Source: Promethearchaeota archaeon (lineage in GTDB: Archaea > Asgardarchaeota > Lokiarchaeia > Sigyniarchaeales > SOKP01). Taken from it: DNA of 41,153 bases. Positions 20,199-29,564 of this stretch are shown here, piece by piece. The DNA is taken from contig JAEOTR010000081.1 of NCBI GenBank assembly GCA_016839705.1, positions 1 to 41,153 of the forward strand. The letters run 5' to 3'. The notes beneath the pieces are model-generated. The model ran no database searches and was not told the origin of the DNA. It was given only the letters and a program-made list of their open reading frames with translations. Numbering within the stretch: position 1 is the stretch's first letter; each line of letters opens with the position of its first letter. Position numbers and translations under genes: made by a program.

Positions 20199-20348
20199 AT
20201 GAAATACGTGTGTGCAAAGAAGAGTTGCGGGAAAGATGTAAGTCAAAAAGAATTAAGTGCTCTTCCAGGTATTAAATGTTCTAATTGTGGATTCCGCATA
20301 TTATATAAAAAAAGACCAGACGTCATAAAGCGAATAAAAGTTCGTTAA
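20199..20348 (+). CDS. rpoP: RNA polymerase subunit Rpo12 (P); absent from the ORF track
   Basis: MKYVCAKKSCGKDVSQKELSALPGIKCSNCGFRILYKKRPDVIKRIKVR (49 aa), with AGGAG upstream. Confidence 0.93.
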   Translation: MKYVCAKKSCGKDVSQKELSALPGIKCSNCGFRILYKKRPDVIKRIKVR

Positions 20349-20417
20349 ACCTTTTTTTTTGGATGTTTTTTATACTTTAACCATCCCTTGACCTATTTGG
20401 TTGATAAAAATGCTAAA

Positions 20418-21335
20418 TTAGGGATTTGGATTAACCTTTAAATGATTAATCAATTCTTTATAACGATTTCTAATGGTTGCTTCAGTAACACCAGCAGCTA
20501 TCGAAATTTCTTTTTGAGTTCTGCGTTCCCCTTCCTGCATAGCAGCGACATATAAAGCAGCACCAGCTAAGCCTGTTGGAGCCTTCCCTGCAGTAATACG
20601 ATACTTCTTGGCGAGTTTTAGGATCGATGCTGCTCTGTTTTGTGTTCTTCCTGATAATTTTAATTCAGCACAAAATCGAGGAATAAAATTTATTGGTGAA
20701 GAGACTCGGATATTTAACTTAAGCTCACTTAATATTAATCTATAACAACGAGCAATCTTTTTCTTATCAACTGAAGCAAATTCTATAAAGTCATCTAACG
20801 TTTTTGGAATAATATTTAATCTACAAGATAGATAAATAGATGCAATCAACATAGCTTCGATAGATCTACCTCTGATTAAATTTTTCTGAGCCATTTTTCT
20901 GTAAATATGAGCAGCTGATTCTTTTATATCTTTAGAAAGATTCAGTTGTGATGCAAATCGATCTAATTCATTCATTGCATAAGCTAAATTTCTATCGATA
21001 GATTTGTTGGTGCGTGTCCTTACATGCCATTTCCTTAACCGATAAACTTCAGCTTTCATTTTAGGACTTATTGCCTTTCCAAATGCGTCTTTATTTTTCC
21101 ATCCAATCATTGTACTTAATCCCTTATCGTGTAAGGTAAGTGTTGTTGGTGCTCCAACCCTTACCTTTCTGTTTGCCTCTTCAGAAGTGAAAGCTCGCCA
21201 TTCAGGACCAGAATCAATGGCTCTTTGTGTTAAAACTAGACCACAATCATTACAAACGATCTCACCACGAGTATCATCAGAGATTAAGTTTTTGTTACCA
21301 CATTCTGGGCATAAATTAATATTTTTTTGAGGCAT
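20418..21335 (-). CDS. tfb: Transcription initiation factor IIB (TFB)
   Basis: CPECG...GEIVCNDCG Zn ribbon, GPEWRAF, HDKGLST, RGRSIE, and GVTEATIRNRYKEL. Alternative TTG start at 21356. Confidence 0.97.
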   Translation of the reverse strand: MPQKNINLCPECGNKNLISDDTRGEIVCNDCGLVLTQRAIDSGPEWRAFTSEEANRKVRVGAPTTLTLHDKGLSTMIGWKNKDAFGKAISPKMKAEVYRLRKWHVRTRTNKSIDRNLAYAMNELDRFASQLNLSKDIKESAAHIYRKMAQKNLIRGRSIEAMLIASIYLSCRLNIIPKTLDDFIEFASVDKKKIARCYRLILSELKLNIRVSSPINFIPRFCAELKLSGRTQNRAASILKLAKKYRITAGKAPTGLAGAALYVAAMQEGERRTQKEISIAAGVTEATIRNRYKELINHLKVNPNP

Positions 21336-21515
21336 TGAAAGATCCACTAAAACCAACCCTTTAAAAATTCAGTACTTTAATTCTCATAATTAATTTAGCA
21401 CATATAAATATTTGCGTTTGGTGGATTTATCCATTAATAAAATACTCATTTTTTAAAATTTGAATCGGAGTTTAGATCGTAAAATTTTAATAAGTTTCTT
21501 CTTTCTCTTAATATA

Positions 21516-21980
21516 ATGCGACATTATTATAAGACACACGGTAAACATTGTTATCTTCGATCTTTTCAGACAAAATGCCCAAGATGTGGTATAGATGTTT
21601 TATATTGGGAATGCCGGCATGGAAGTAAAATTTTTTTTAATTATCCCCCATATGGAAAATTGATAAGACATTTTTGTCGCTATACTAAGGGTAAACTTAA
21701 AGTAAAGACAAAATTTCCTGTTATTATTAAAGTGCCTATAGGACTTTTAGAAAAGGAGTCCCCAAGTTGTCCTGTATGCGGAAAATTGTTTAAAAACATT
21801 AGAAATCTTAATGATCACATTGCTAATTTGAAAAAACGAGAAGGTCTACACCGAGATTTTGATCAAGACAAATTAAATTTTGAATTAGGATATTGGGAAA
21901 AAAACCAAGAAAACTATGACAAATATAAATTGTATTATAAACCAAAATTTGGAAAAATAAATATTAAAAAAAAGAAGTAA
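21516..21980 (+). CDS. Hypothetical basic Zn-binding protein
   Basis: CPRCG...EC.HG...H.C, plus a C2H2-like CPVCGKLF....L.DH...H. Confidence 0.7.
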   Translation: MRHYYKTHGKHCYLRSFQTKCPRCGIDVLYWECRHGSKIFFNYPPYGKLIRHFCRYTKGKLKVKTKFPVIIKVPIGLLEKESPSCPVCGKLFKNIRNLNDHIANLKKREGLHRDFDQDKLNFELGYWEKNQENYDKYKLYYKPKFGKINIKKKK

Positions 21981-22101
21981 ATTGCTATGTTAATGTTATA
22001 GATAGATTTTTAAAAAATCAGTTTATAATTATTTTATAATTAAATGTAATTTCACTAATTTTTAAAAGTCTATTATAAAACAATAAAAAAAGGAAAAAAA
22101 G

Positions 22102-22746
22102 ATGCCAGTAGATCCTGCGACCGCAGTATATAATTTGATGCAAACAGATCCTAACATTATAGCCGCAGCGGTACTTAAGGGCAAAGAAATTGTATATACC
22201 ACAGATAATTGGGATATTAGTGGAGATGTTGACAGAATAGTATCAAGTTGGACGGGTCAAAATGCTAAATTTATAATGGTTTCTGGAGTAAAATATTCGA
22301 TGTTGCAGATGGAGGCTGAACGTTTAGTTGCCATTTCTTTAAAAGGCGAAGGAAGTATTTGTGCTGCTAAAGATGAGGAACATAAGCTTGTATGCTATCT
22401 TCAACCAGATGGGGATGCTCGTGGTGCTATAATGGATGTTCAAAGAGCCGTTGGGTCAATGAGCTCAAAGACAGGATACTTGGACCCAAATGCTCAATTG
22501 GGTCAAAGTACCCAAACGGATAGGACTGCATCAACAGGAGGAAGTTCTGTTGGTCCAACAGCTTCGGTGGCGGGTGTGGGAGTGGATCCCCAATTACAAG
22601 GAGAAATTAAAGCCTTTCTGGATTGGGTAAGAGAAGAAGAAGGTTTAGCAGGATATATAAGTTATTACCTTCAACAAAATAATACTCAAATCATTTCAGA
22701 ACTATCAAAAATTTATAATGAATTAAGACAAATCTTTGGTGTCTGA
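22102..22746 (+). CDS. Asgard profilin-like protein with C-terminal extension
   Basis: The first ~120 aa (IIAAAVL..EIVYTTDNWDI...GVKY...ERLVAISLKGEGSI..A...LVCY) follow the Loki-profilin pattern. A Ser/Thr/Gly linker and a ~50-aa helical domain follow. Confidence 0.75.
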   Translation: MPVDPATAVYNLMQTDPNIIAAAVLKGKEIVYTTDNWDISGDVDRIVSSWTGQNAKFIMVSGVKYSMLQMEAERLVAISLKGEGSICAAKDEEHKLVCYLQPDGDARGAIMDVQRAVGSMSSKTGYLDPNAQLGQSTQTDRTASTGGSSVGPTASVAGVGVDPQLQGEIKAFLDWVREEEGLAGYISYYLQQNNTQIISELSKIYNELRQIFGV

Positions 22747-22934
22747 TTTTCATAAAAATATCATTTCTAATTTGCTACTTTTCTAGTTATTTGTCAAAAA
22801 AATTCTCAGTATAGTTTTAGACTAAATTTTAATAATTCCGGATATCATATTATTAGTAAAATCTAAAATTTATTTTAGTGGTATTAGTTTTTGTAAGTAA
22901 GAATAAATTCAAGAAGTAGAGGAAGGGAAATTTT

Positions 22935-23396
22935 ATGAGTAAGAAGAGGATCCATATTAAACCTAAAATCAATAACATAGAAAAAAAAAAGAGTGATAAA
23001 GGAGGAATTAAATTATCAAAATCAAATAAAGTAGCTGATTATTCAAAAAAAGAAGATATGGAGCTTGAAATACCTTCTATTCCTGAACCCCCTAAAAAAG
23101 AAGGTAACCTATCAATTAATTCCCCAGATCTAACACCTGATGTTTTGGCAAGGATAAAAAAAGTGGAGTCTCCAGACACAAGGGTTGTTTTAGTCAATTG
23201 TGAAAGATGTAAAGCTGTTATTCCTATTCCAATACCAAAAAGTGTAGTTCTAGAATCAGAATTACCTATTGTACCCATTAGTTTTGTTCATAAAAACCTT
23301 AAAAGTAAGGATCAACATTGTATTACTATTCATTTAGATCATGATTTTGATATAAGAAGGCAGAGGTTGTCAGACGTAGTGATATCATTGGATTGA
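22935..23396 (+). CDS. Hypothetical protein with a disordered N-terminus and a Cys/His C-terminal domain
   Basis: CERC...FVH...HCITIHLDHDFDIRR. Confidence 0.7.
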   Translation: MSKKRIHIKPKINNIEKKKSDKGGIKLSKSNKVADYSKKEDMELEIPSIPEPPKKEGNLSINSPDLTPDVLARIKKVESPDTRVVLVNCERCKAVIPIPIPKSVVLESELPIVPISFVHKNLKSKDQHCITIHLDHDFDIRRQRLSDVVISLD

Positions 23397-23447
23397 GTTC
23401 TTCTAAAATGTATTTGAAATCTAAATTGAGAAAAATTAAGAAAAACA

Positions 23448-23810
23448 ATGAAATTATTATCAGAACGGAATATAGAGGTTGAAAATATAAAAATTTATTT
23501 AACTCTCTTCAAGATGTATAAAAGTTATCTACTACTTATTTCTGATCAAGGTGATATGGGAATAGGAAACGTTACTTTAGGAAGTCCTTCAATTATTAAT
23601 GGAGTTAAAGCTCCTACTACTTCTTACAATTTATTTGGTATAAAAAGTAAATTATTAAGCACAATTATTGCTGAACGAGCATCAAGTTTGTTAAACGCTC
23701 CTGTTTTGCTCTTATTATTTTTAAAAACTAATATGAAAGATGAAAAAATTGTAAAACCTATCATTAATTTTCTAAACCATACTTTAGATGAGATTTTAGA
23801 AAAAAAATAA
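23448..23810 (+). CDS. PAC3/PAC4-like proteasome assembly chaperone (putative)
   Basis: Strand/helix pattern and S..LFG...LSTIIAER......PVLL resemble PSMG4/PSMG3, aligned by eye. Confidence 0.55.
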   Translation: MKLLSERNIEVENIKIYLTLFKMYKSYLLLISDQGDMGIGNVTLGSPSIINGVKAPTTSYNLFGIKSKLLSTIIAERASSLLNAPVLLLLFLKTNMKDEKIVKPIINFLNHTLDEILEKK

Positions 23811-23867
23811 AAGCATATAAAATGATTTTTATTCCTTGAATTATTATTTTTATTAATAATTCCTAAA

Positions 23868-24032
23868 GCAGGGATAACCAAGTTGGCCAACGGTGCCGGA
23901 CTCTTTTGAGAGAAGGTAATTCTTATTAGCCGGATTCAAGATCATATTAATCAATTTACCGTTGATAATTCCAATTTTTGATGAGATATCCGGTGAGATA
24001 GCTCTTCGTGGGTTCGAATCCCACTCCCTGCA
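23868..24032 (+). tRNA. tRNA-Leu(CAA) with two introns: 32/33 (23902-23935) and 37/38 (23941-23987)
   Basis: GCAGGGA/TCCCTGC acceptor stem, long variable arm, and BHB helices CCGG/CCGG and CTCA/TGAG. Confidence 0.92.
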
Positions 24033-24131
24033 TTTCCAAGAATTCTAGAATATCTATACTAGTAATAGAATTTAATTCGGATAATTATTCAATGTAGAAA
24101 ATGAAAAATGAATATTAATTTCTAATTCTTA

Positions 24132-24365
24132 TTAAAACAAACCTGGAAGAAACAGGAGTAGTATCATCCCCACCATCATGACAATTAAGAAGATACATTG
24201 AAATCTTCCCTTCTTTTTTTGTTTTCGTTCACCTTCTGCGAGATTATCCTTGCAGCTTTGACTACAAATTTTTTTATCTGTTGCCATAGCTTTTCCACAA
24301 ACGGGACAATGACTATGGGGGCCCCATTTTTTCTTAATTTGGTCTTTCCATGAAGCTTGAGACAT
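24132..24365 (-). CDS. DUF2116 family Zn-ribbon protein with a C-terminal TM helix
   Basis: PHSHCPVCG.......CSQSC followed by a hydrophobic tail. Confidence 0.82.
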   Translation of the reverse strand: MSQASWKDQIKKKWGPHSHCPVCGKAMATDKKICSQSCKDNLAEGERKQKKKGRFQCIFLIVMMVGMILLLFLPGLF

Positions 24366-24441
24366 ATTTTTACCTAGTAGTTTTTCTACCTTGTAAGTTA
24401 TCTTTATAAAATTATAGTAGTTAATATAATTTATGAATTCT

Positions 24442-25167
24442 TTACTCTTTTGAGATTAACGTTCCGCTTATATCTTTTTCTCCATTCCATAATTTTATGA
24501 ATTCACTTAGATCTTTTCCAGAGGTGACGATGACCTGAATATTACTACGTTTTAAAATTTGAAGGGAGACGAAATCGAAAATTCGATATTCCCCTGCAGT
24601 TGCTTGTTTATCCTCTTGCAGATCTAAAATTAATTTTTCAAGTTGTTCATAGGTAAGGTGTTTAATTAGTTGTGCATCTTTAAACTTTTTAGGATCTTTA
24701 TTAAAAATCCCCTTAACATCTGTTAGAATAACTAATTCTTCGGCTCCAATAAATTCAGCTACTTCTAATGCTACCGATGTGGTAGATTGCCCTGGTTGTA
24801 GTCCTCCCATAACAATAATTTTATTAAAAAGTAGAGCTAAAGAGAGTTCTTCCATTGATTTTGGGACCTGAGGATATGCGTAATCTTGAAAGGAGGCGAT
24901 AAGTAATTTAGAATTAATTCGGGACAGTTCAATTCCAAAAATATCAGATAAAGACTCAGATCCTTTAAGTGATCTAACAGCATTAATATATTCCCGTGCA
25001 ATTGATCCACCTCCGCAAACAACAATAATCTTTCCAAAATCTTTATTGTTTTTTAAAATTCTGCAAAATTCAGTAATTTTATCGGATAATATTTTGTTGT
25101 TATCCGTGAATAATAAAGAACCACCTATTTTAATAACAATATTTCTTTTCATAACATTTTCATTCAA
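24442..25167 (-). CDS. pyrH: Uridylate kinase
   Basis: VIKIGGS, GGG..AREYI, GGLQPGQSTTSVA, TDV.GIF.KDP. Confidence 0.95.
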   Translation of the reverse strand: MNENVMKRNIVIKIGGSLLFTDNNKILSDKITEFCRILKNNKDFGKIIVVCGGGSIAREYINAVRSLKGSESLSDIFGIELSRINSKLLIASFQDYAYPQVPKSMEELSLALLFNKIIVMGGLQPGQSTTSVALEVAEFIGAEELVILTDVKGIFNKDPKKFKDAQLIKHLTYEQLEKLILDLQEDKQATAGEYRIFDFVSLQILKRSNIQVIVTSGKDLSEFIKLWNGEKDISGTLISKE

Positions 25168-25221
25168 TTTATCTATTTAATAATATATAGATGATTAATT
25201 AAATTAAGTTACTTACCCTAT

Positions 25222-26184
25222 ATGACCCCTTATAAAAGAGAAGTCATTGTTGAAGTACCCCATAGAATATCAGGCTTTTTTGAAATTGTAGATGAAATTG
25301 ATGGTATTAAAATAACTAATCCTGAAAGAATTGGATCAAGAGGCGCTGGTTTTAATTTGAGCGCTGTTGGAAGAACTAAGGTAAAAGTTGAAAATTGGGA
25401 AAAATCTAATGATCATGAAATAAATATAATGATAGACGATGAAAAGAAGGATGAAAAAGCCGAAACAACTTATTACATTTATAATTATATCAGAAAACTT
25501 ATTGAAAATTCAGTAAAGATTACAATTATTCATAATTTTGATTTACCTGTTGGATGTGGCTTTGGAGCAAGTGGATCTGGAGCATTAGGTTCAATTTATG
25601 GGTTAGATCATGTTCTGAATTTAGGTTTATCTACTCTAGAAAAAGGGAGAATAGCTCATATTGCTGAGGTTGTGAATCGAACTGGATTAGGTACTGTTTG
25701 TGGACAGTTACGTGGTGGATTATGCATACTTAAAGAACCCGGTTACCCTTGTGTTTCTGAGAGCATTCAAGTGCCAGAAAATTTGAAAATAATATGTGGT
25801 TCTTTTGGGATAATACATACTAAATCAATATTGACAGATCCCGTTTTAAATCTTAGAATAAAACACGCTGGTAGAAGAGCACAAATGAAATTATTAGAAA
25901 AGCGAACAATAAAATCTTTTATGAAAGCTTCAATTGATTTCGTTGAGGAAACCAAGATACTTGAAATCCTTGGGTTGAATGAGATTGAAGATTTACTTCA
26001 ACGTTTAAATAAATTAAAGATTCTAGGAGCTAGTATGAATCAGTTAGGACGATCAATCTTTGCTATTTGTGAGGAAAAAGATGGAAAAAATGTTAGAGAG
26101 ATTTTAGATACATATAAACCTGAAATCAAGGATTATACTTTATCAATTAATACGAGAAGGCCATATATATTAAATAATAAATAA
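25222..26184 (+). CDS. Pantoate kinase (GHMP family)
   Basis: PHRISGFF, GSRGAG, PVGCGFGASG, AHIAEV..RTGLG, SMNQLG. Confidence 0.9.
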   Translation: MTPYKREVIVEVPHRISGFFEIVDEIDGIKITNPERIGSRGAGFNLSAVGRTKVKVENWEKSNDHEINIMIDDEKKDEKAETTYYIYNYIRKLIENSVKITIIHNFDLPVGCGFGASGSGALGSIYGLDHVLNLGLSTLEKGRIAHIAEVVNRTGLGTVCGQLRGGLCILKEPGYPCVSESIQVPENLKIICGSFGIIHTKSILTDPVLNLRIKHAGRRAQMKLLEKRTIKSFMKASIDFVEETKILEILGLNEIEDLLQRLNKLKILGASMNQLGRSIFAICEEKDGKNVREILDTYKPEIKDYTLSINTRRPYILNNK

Positions 26185-26185
26185 T

Positions 26186-27004
26186 TTAAGCATTTTTATT
26201 CATTGATTTCGATTTTAAGGTCGCGGCTTCAACCGCCCTAATGAGTGTAGCTCTTAATTTTGCAGATTCAATTTCATGAATTGCCGTGATTGTTGTACCA
26301 CCTGGAGTTGCCACCATATCCTTTAATTCACCAGGATGTTTGCCGGTTTCTAGTACCAATTTTGCCGCGCCAAATACTGTTTGAGCTGCTAATTTTACGG
26401 CAGTGTCTCGCGGAAGTCCCATTTTTACACCCCCATCCGCCAAAGATTCTATGATAATGAATAAATATGCTGGACCGCTTCCCGACAGACCCGTAACTGC
26501 ATCAAGATGTTTTTCTTCTAACTCTACAACAAGACCTAGAGCACTGAATAAATTTTTAACATATTCTAACTCTGGTTGTTTAATGAATTCATTAGTTGAC
26601 ATAGCTGAGGCAGCTGCTCTTACTAATGCAGGTGTGTTAGTCATGATTCTGATAATACTCACCTTTCTATCAAAATGTTTGTTAATATGATCAATTGAAA
26701 TTCCTGCTGCGATTGAAATTATAACATGATCCTCAGAGATTATGGGGCTAATTTCATCTAGCACATCATCTATGACTTGAGGTAAAACTGCAAGTATTAT
26801 ATATTTGGATTTTTGAGCAACAGATTTATTATTATCCGCAAAATCTACTTTTATTTCATTAAATCTATCTACTAAAATATCTTTTTGTATGTCATGAATA
26901 ATAATTTTTTCTGGTTCTATTGTTTTTGAATTAACTAAAACTCTCAATATAGTAGAACCAATTTTCCCTAAACCAATGATCCCTAATTCTTTTTGAAACG
27001 ACAT
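26186..27004 (-). CDS. proC: Pyrroline-5-carboxylate reductase
   Basis: GLGKIG, SIAAG, R.M.NTP, TGLSGSGPAY, V.TPGGTT. Confidence 0.95.
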   Translation of the reverse strand: MSFQKELGIIGLGKIGSTILRVLVNSKTIEPEKIIIHDIQKDILVDRFNEIKVDFADNNKSVAQKSKYIILAVLPQVIDDVLDEISPIISEDHVIISIAAGISIDHINKHFDRKVSIIRIMTNTPALVRAAASAMSTNEFIKQPELEYVKNLFSALGLVVELEEKHLDAVTGLSGSGPAYLFIIIESLADGGVKMGLPRDTAVKLAAQTVFGAAKLVLETGKHPGELKDMVATPGGTTITAIHEIESAKLRATLIRAVEAATLKSKSMNKNA

Positions 27005-27150
27005 ATGTGTTATTTTCCAACAACATGTTAAAATTCAAAGGTTTTATCTACAAAGTGATAAAACACACTTTAGAAAATCTTAATGAAACATAATATTAAA
27101 GGAATCGTAACAAATGAGTCAAATTATTAAGATATTTTAACAAATTCCTT

Positions 27151-27891
27151 TTAGTAAGCTAATTGAGATTTTAAGTTTTCAATAAGATCCAGTTTTATAG
27201 TACCATTGTTTCTGTCATATCCTTCACATACCATACTGCGAACACCTATTATCTCTGGGTTAATTTTCTTGATTTTAGATAAAACATTATTCCTTAAATT
27301 ACCTGCTAAAGCAATCTTTAAATTGAAATCGTTGGCCCTCTTCTTAAATTCAATTAATTGATTAACATTCAAAAAATCAAATAAACCTTTTTCGTCTTTA
27401 ATATATGTGTCAAGCATAGCAACATCAGCACCAGATTCAGCGGCTATTGTGGGAATGGCAAGAAAATCAAGTGAATTTTTCATTCTTATGTAATCTGCAT
27501 ATCCCGCAGCAACAACCTTTATCTCATTATTGTAATTCTTTACTGCTTTTACTACATTTTTCATTAATTTTATTCCTTCTTCTACATTTTTTGGACCTTT
27601 CAATCCCACCTTTATTATATCTGCACCCGATACAGCTGCTCCTAATGCTGCTAAAGACGCTGATCCTGGTAAATTAGGAAAATCCCCTATAGTAGCACTT
27701 AGCATTTGTGAATAATTTCCGAGAAGCATATTTTTCATTGCTTTTATAACCCAAGGAAAGTTCGCTCCGAGTGAACCTTCCTCGGGATTTTTACAGTCAA
27801 TAATCTCAACTTGAGATGATATTACTATTTTAGCTTCTTCAAGTGTTTTTGGGCTTACCAGAAGTTGAATTTTGTGGGGCATAACTGTCAT
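27151..27891 (-). CDS. mfnB: (5-formylfuran-3-yl)methyl phosphate synthase (methanofuran biosynthesis)
   Basis: LLVSP...EEA, IIDCKNP.EGSLGANFPWVI, SATIGD, MLDT..KD, ALAG, GVRS.VC. Confidence 0.92.
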   Translation of the reverse strand: MTVMPHKIQLLVSPKTLEEAKIVISSQVEIIDCKNPEEGSLGANFPWVIKAMKNMLLGNYSQMLSATIGDFPNLPGSASLAALGAAVSGADIIKVGLKGPKNVEEGIKLMKNVVKAVKNYNNEIKVVAAGYADYIRMKNSLDFLAIPTIAAESGADVAMLDTYIKDEKGLFDFLNVNQLIEFKKRANDFNLKIALAGNLRNNVLSKIKKINPEIIGVRSMVCEGYDRNNGTIKLDLIENLKSQLAY

Positions 27892-28090
27892 ATATAATTA
27901 AAAAATATTAAAAAATTTATTTAAGACGTTAATTAATTATTATTAATTTGAACTCTATAAATTATTGATTATTCGAATCGAGATTTTCAATAATAAATAA
28001 GGAGCGAGAAATTGAATAATCGAACGATTATATATAAAAATTTAAATTAAATCATTTTTATTAAATATAAAAAAAGAAAATTAAGATATT

Positions 28091-28618
28091 ATGTCTCCTA
28101 AAGAAATTACAAAATTAGAAATAACTAATGAAGTATTTAAAGAACCAAAAGAAGTAATTGACCAATTAGCTTCAAATATTGATCTAAAATATACTAAAGT
28201 AATCCAAACTTATGTTATGGAAGATCGAAGGCTTAATTTATCTTTAGAACATGATGGTTCTAGTTATTTTAAGGGAAAGGTTGTATGGATTGGGAATAAA
28301 AAGGATGACACGGAAGGATCAATATTTTGCGTTGACACCAAAGATGAATTAAAACAGATTAACCCTACAGCAGAAAATACTGAAAAAGTAATATTAGATG
28401 TGAAAAAGGATTTGATTAAAATATCTACTGCCTCGAAAACAAAATGTTCTGTATGCGGGAAAAATATTGAGATTTTTGATGAAGTTACTGGGTGTCCCAT
28501 ATGTGAAGCAAAAGCACATAAAGATCATTTAACTGACTGGGTTAAAATGAAGCAAACTTGTCCGGTTTGTAAAAAATCGTTGAATGTTTCTAGCACGGGA
28601 TTAATCTTTATAGAATAA
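28091..28618 (+). CDS. RING-H2-like Zn-finger protein (putative E3 ligase)
   Basis: CSVC-x12-CPIC-x4-H-x2-H-x3-W-x6-CPVC at the C-terminus. Confidence 0.75.
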   Translation: MSPKEITKLEITNEVFKEPKEVIDQLASNIDLKYTKVIQTYVMEDRRLNLSLEHDGSSYFKGKVVWIGNKKDDTEGSIFCVDTKDELKQINPTAENTEKVILDVKKDLIKISTASKTKCSVCGKNIEIFDEVTGCPICEAKAHKDHLTDWVKMKQTCPVCKKSLNVSSTGLIFIE

Positions 28619-28621
28619 AAC

Positions 28622-29383
28622 TCATAATAGAGAAAGATTTATTACTTTTTCAATATCTATTGTACCATCATATAAGGCGGTTGCAATTAACACGCCAGCG
28701 AAGTTAAGCTCTTTATATTTTATTAAATCTGTATAATCTCTTATTCCACCACCCACAAATATATTTCCTCCGAACGAATCCCGAATTTTTAAGTATTGCT
28801 GTGGAATTCCTCCAATTTTTTGGCCTACTCGGAATAAATCTAAAAGCAATAATTCGTTTACACCGATTCCCTCCATGATTTTAGCAATTTCTTTTGGGGT
28901 TTTATCTTTTACTCCTTTAGCATTTGAAATTACTTTCTCTTTATACATATCGATGCTTAGAACTAATTTATTTTGTCCTACAATATTTATAGCTTTTCTA
29001 ATTACATCTAAATTTCTTACTGTTTCTAATCCAATTATAAGTTTATTAATATTGAAATTAGAAAAATGTAGAATATCACTGATATCAACTATTCCTGGAT
29101 CTATCATTATATTTATTTCTGTTATCTTCAAAATTTTAGTTAAAAGACGAAAATCGGGTTTGCGATTTATAATTGCATTTAGATCTGCGATATAGAAATC
29201 TTTGAATTTAAAATTCGAGGTAAGAACATTTAAAATGTCAAGTGGGTTAGAGGTTTTAAATAGTTTAGATTTTAAGGGTTTGTATTTTTTTCTTTCACCT
29301 CTAATTGCGTGGACTGCTTCTGAATTTAAAACATCTATAACAGGAATTACTTTAAACTCTCTCATTAATCTCTGAATTAACAC
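28622..29383 (-). CDS. HisA/HisF-related TIM-barrel protein
   Basis: IPVID....VHA.RG.R..Y.P, YIADL.AI, LD..RVG, GGGIR, ATALY.G. Confidence 0.85.
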   Translation of the reverse strand: MLIQRLMREFKVIPVIDVLNSEAVHAIRGERKKYKPLKSKLFKTSNPLDILNVLTSNFKFKDFYIADLNAIINRKPDFRLLTKILKITEINIMIDPGIVDISDILHFSNFNINKLIIGLETVRNLDVIRKAINIVGQNKLVLSIDMYKEKVISNAKGVKDKTPKEIAKIMEGIGVNELLLLDLFRVGQKIGGIPQQYLKIRDSFGGNIFVGGGIRDYTDLIKYKELNFAGVLIATALYDGTIDIEKVINLSLL

Positions 29384-29564
29384 TTGAAAAAAGGTTTTTA
29401 GATGGATATATAATTATTTAATTCTATAATGTATAAATGATAAATTACCTTTATTTGATACTCTCTAAATTTAAAAGAATTATATTTTAATTAACAACTA
29501 AATAATTTTTTTTTTAAATAATACTTACTAAAATAATTTTAAAACTTAAGAAAATTATAGCATT

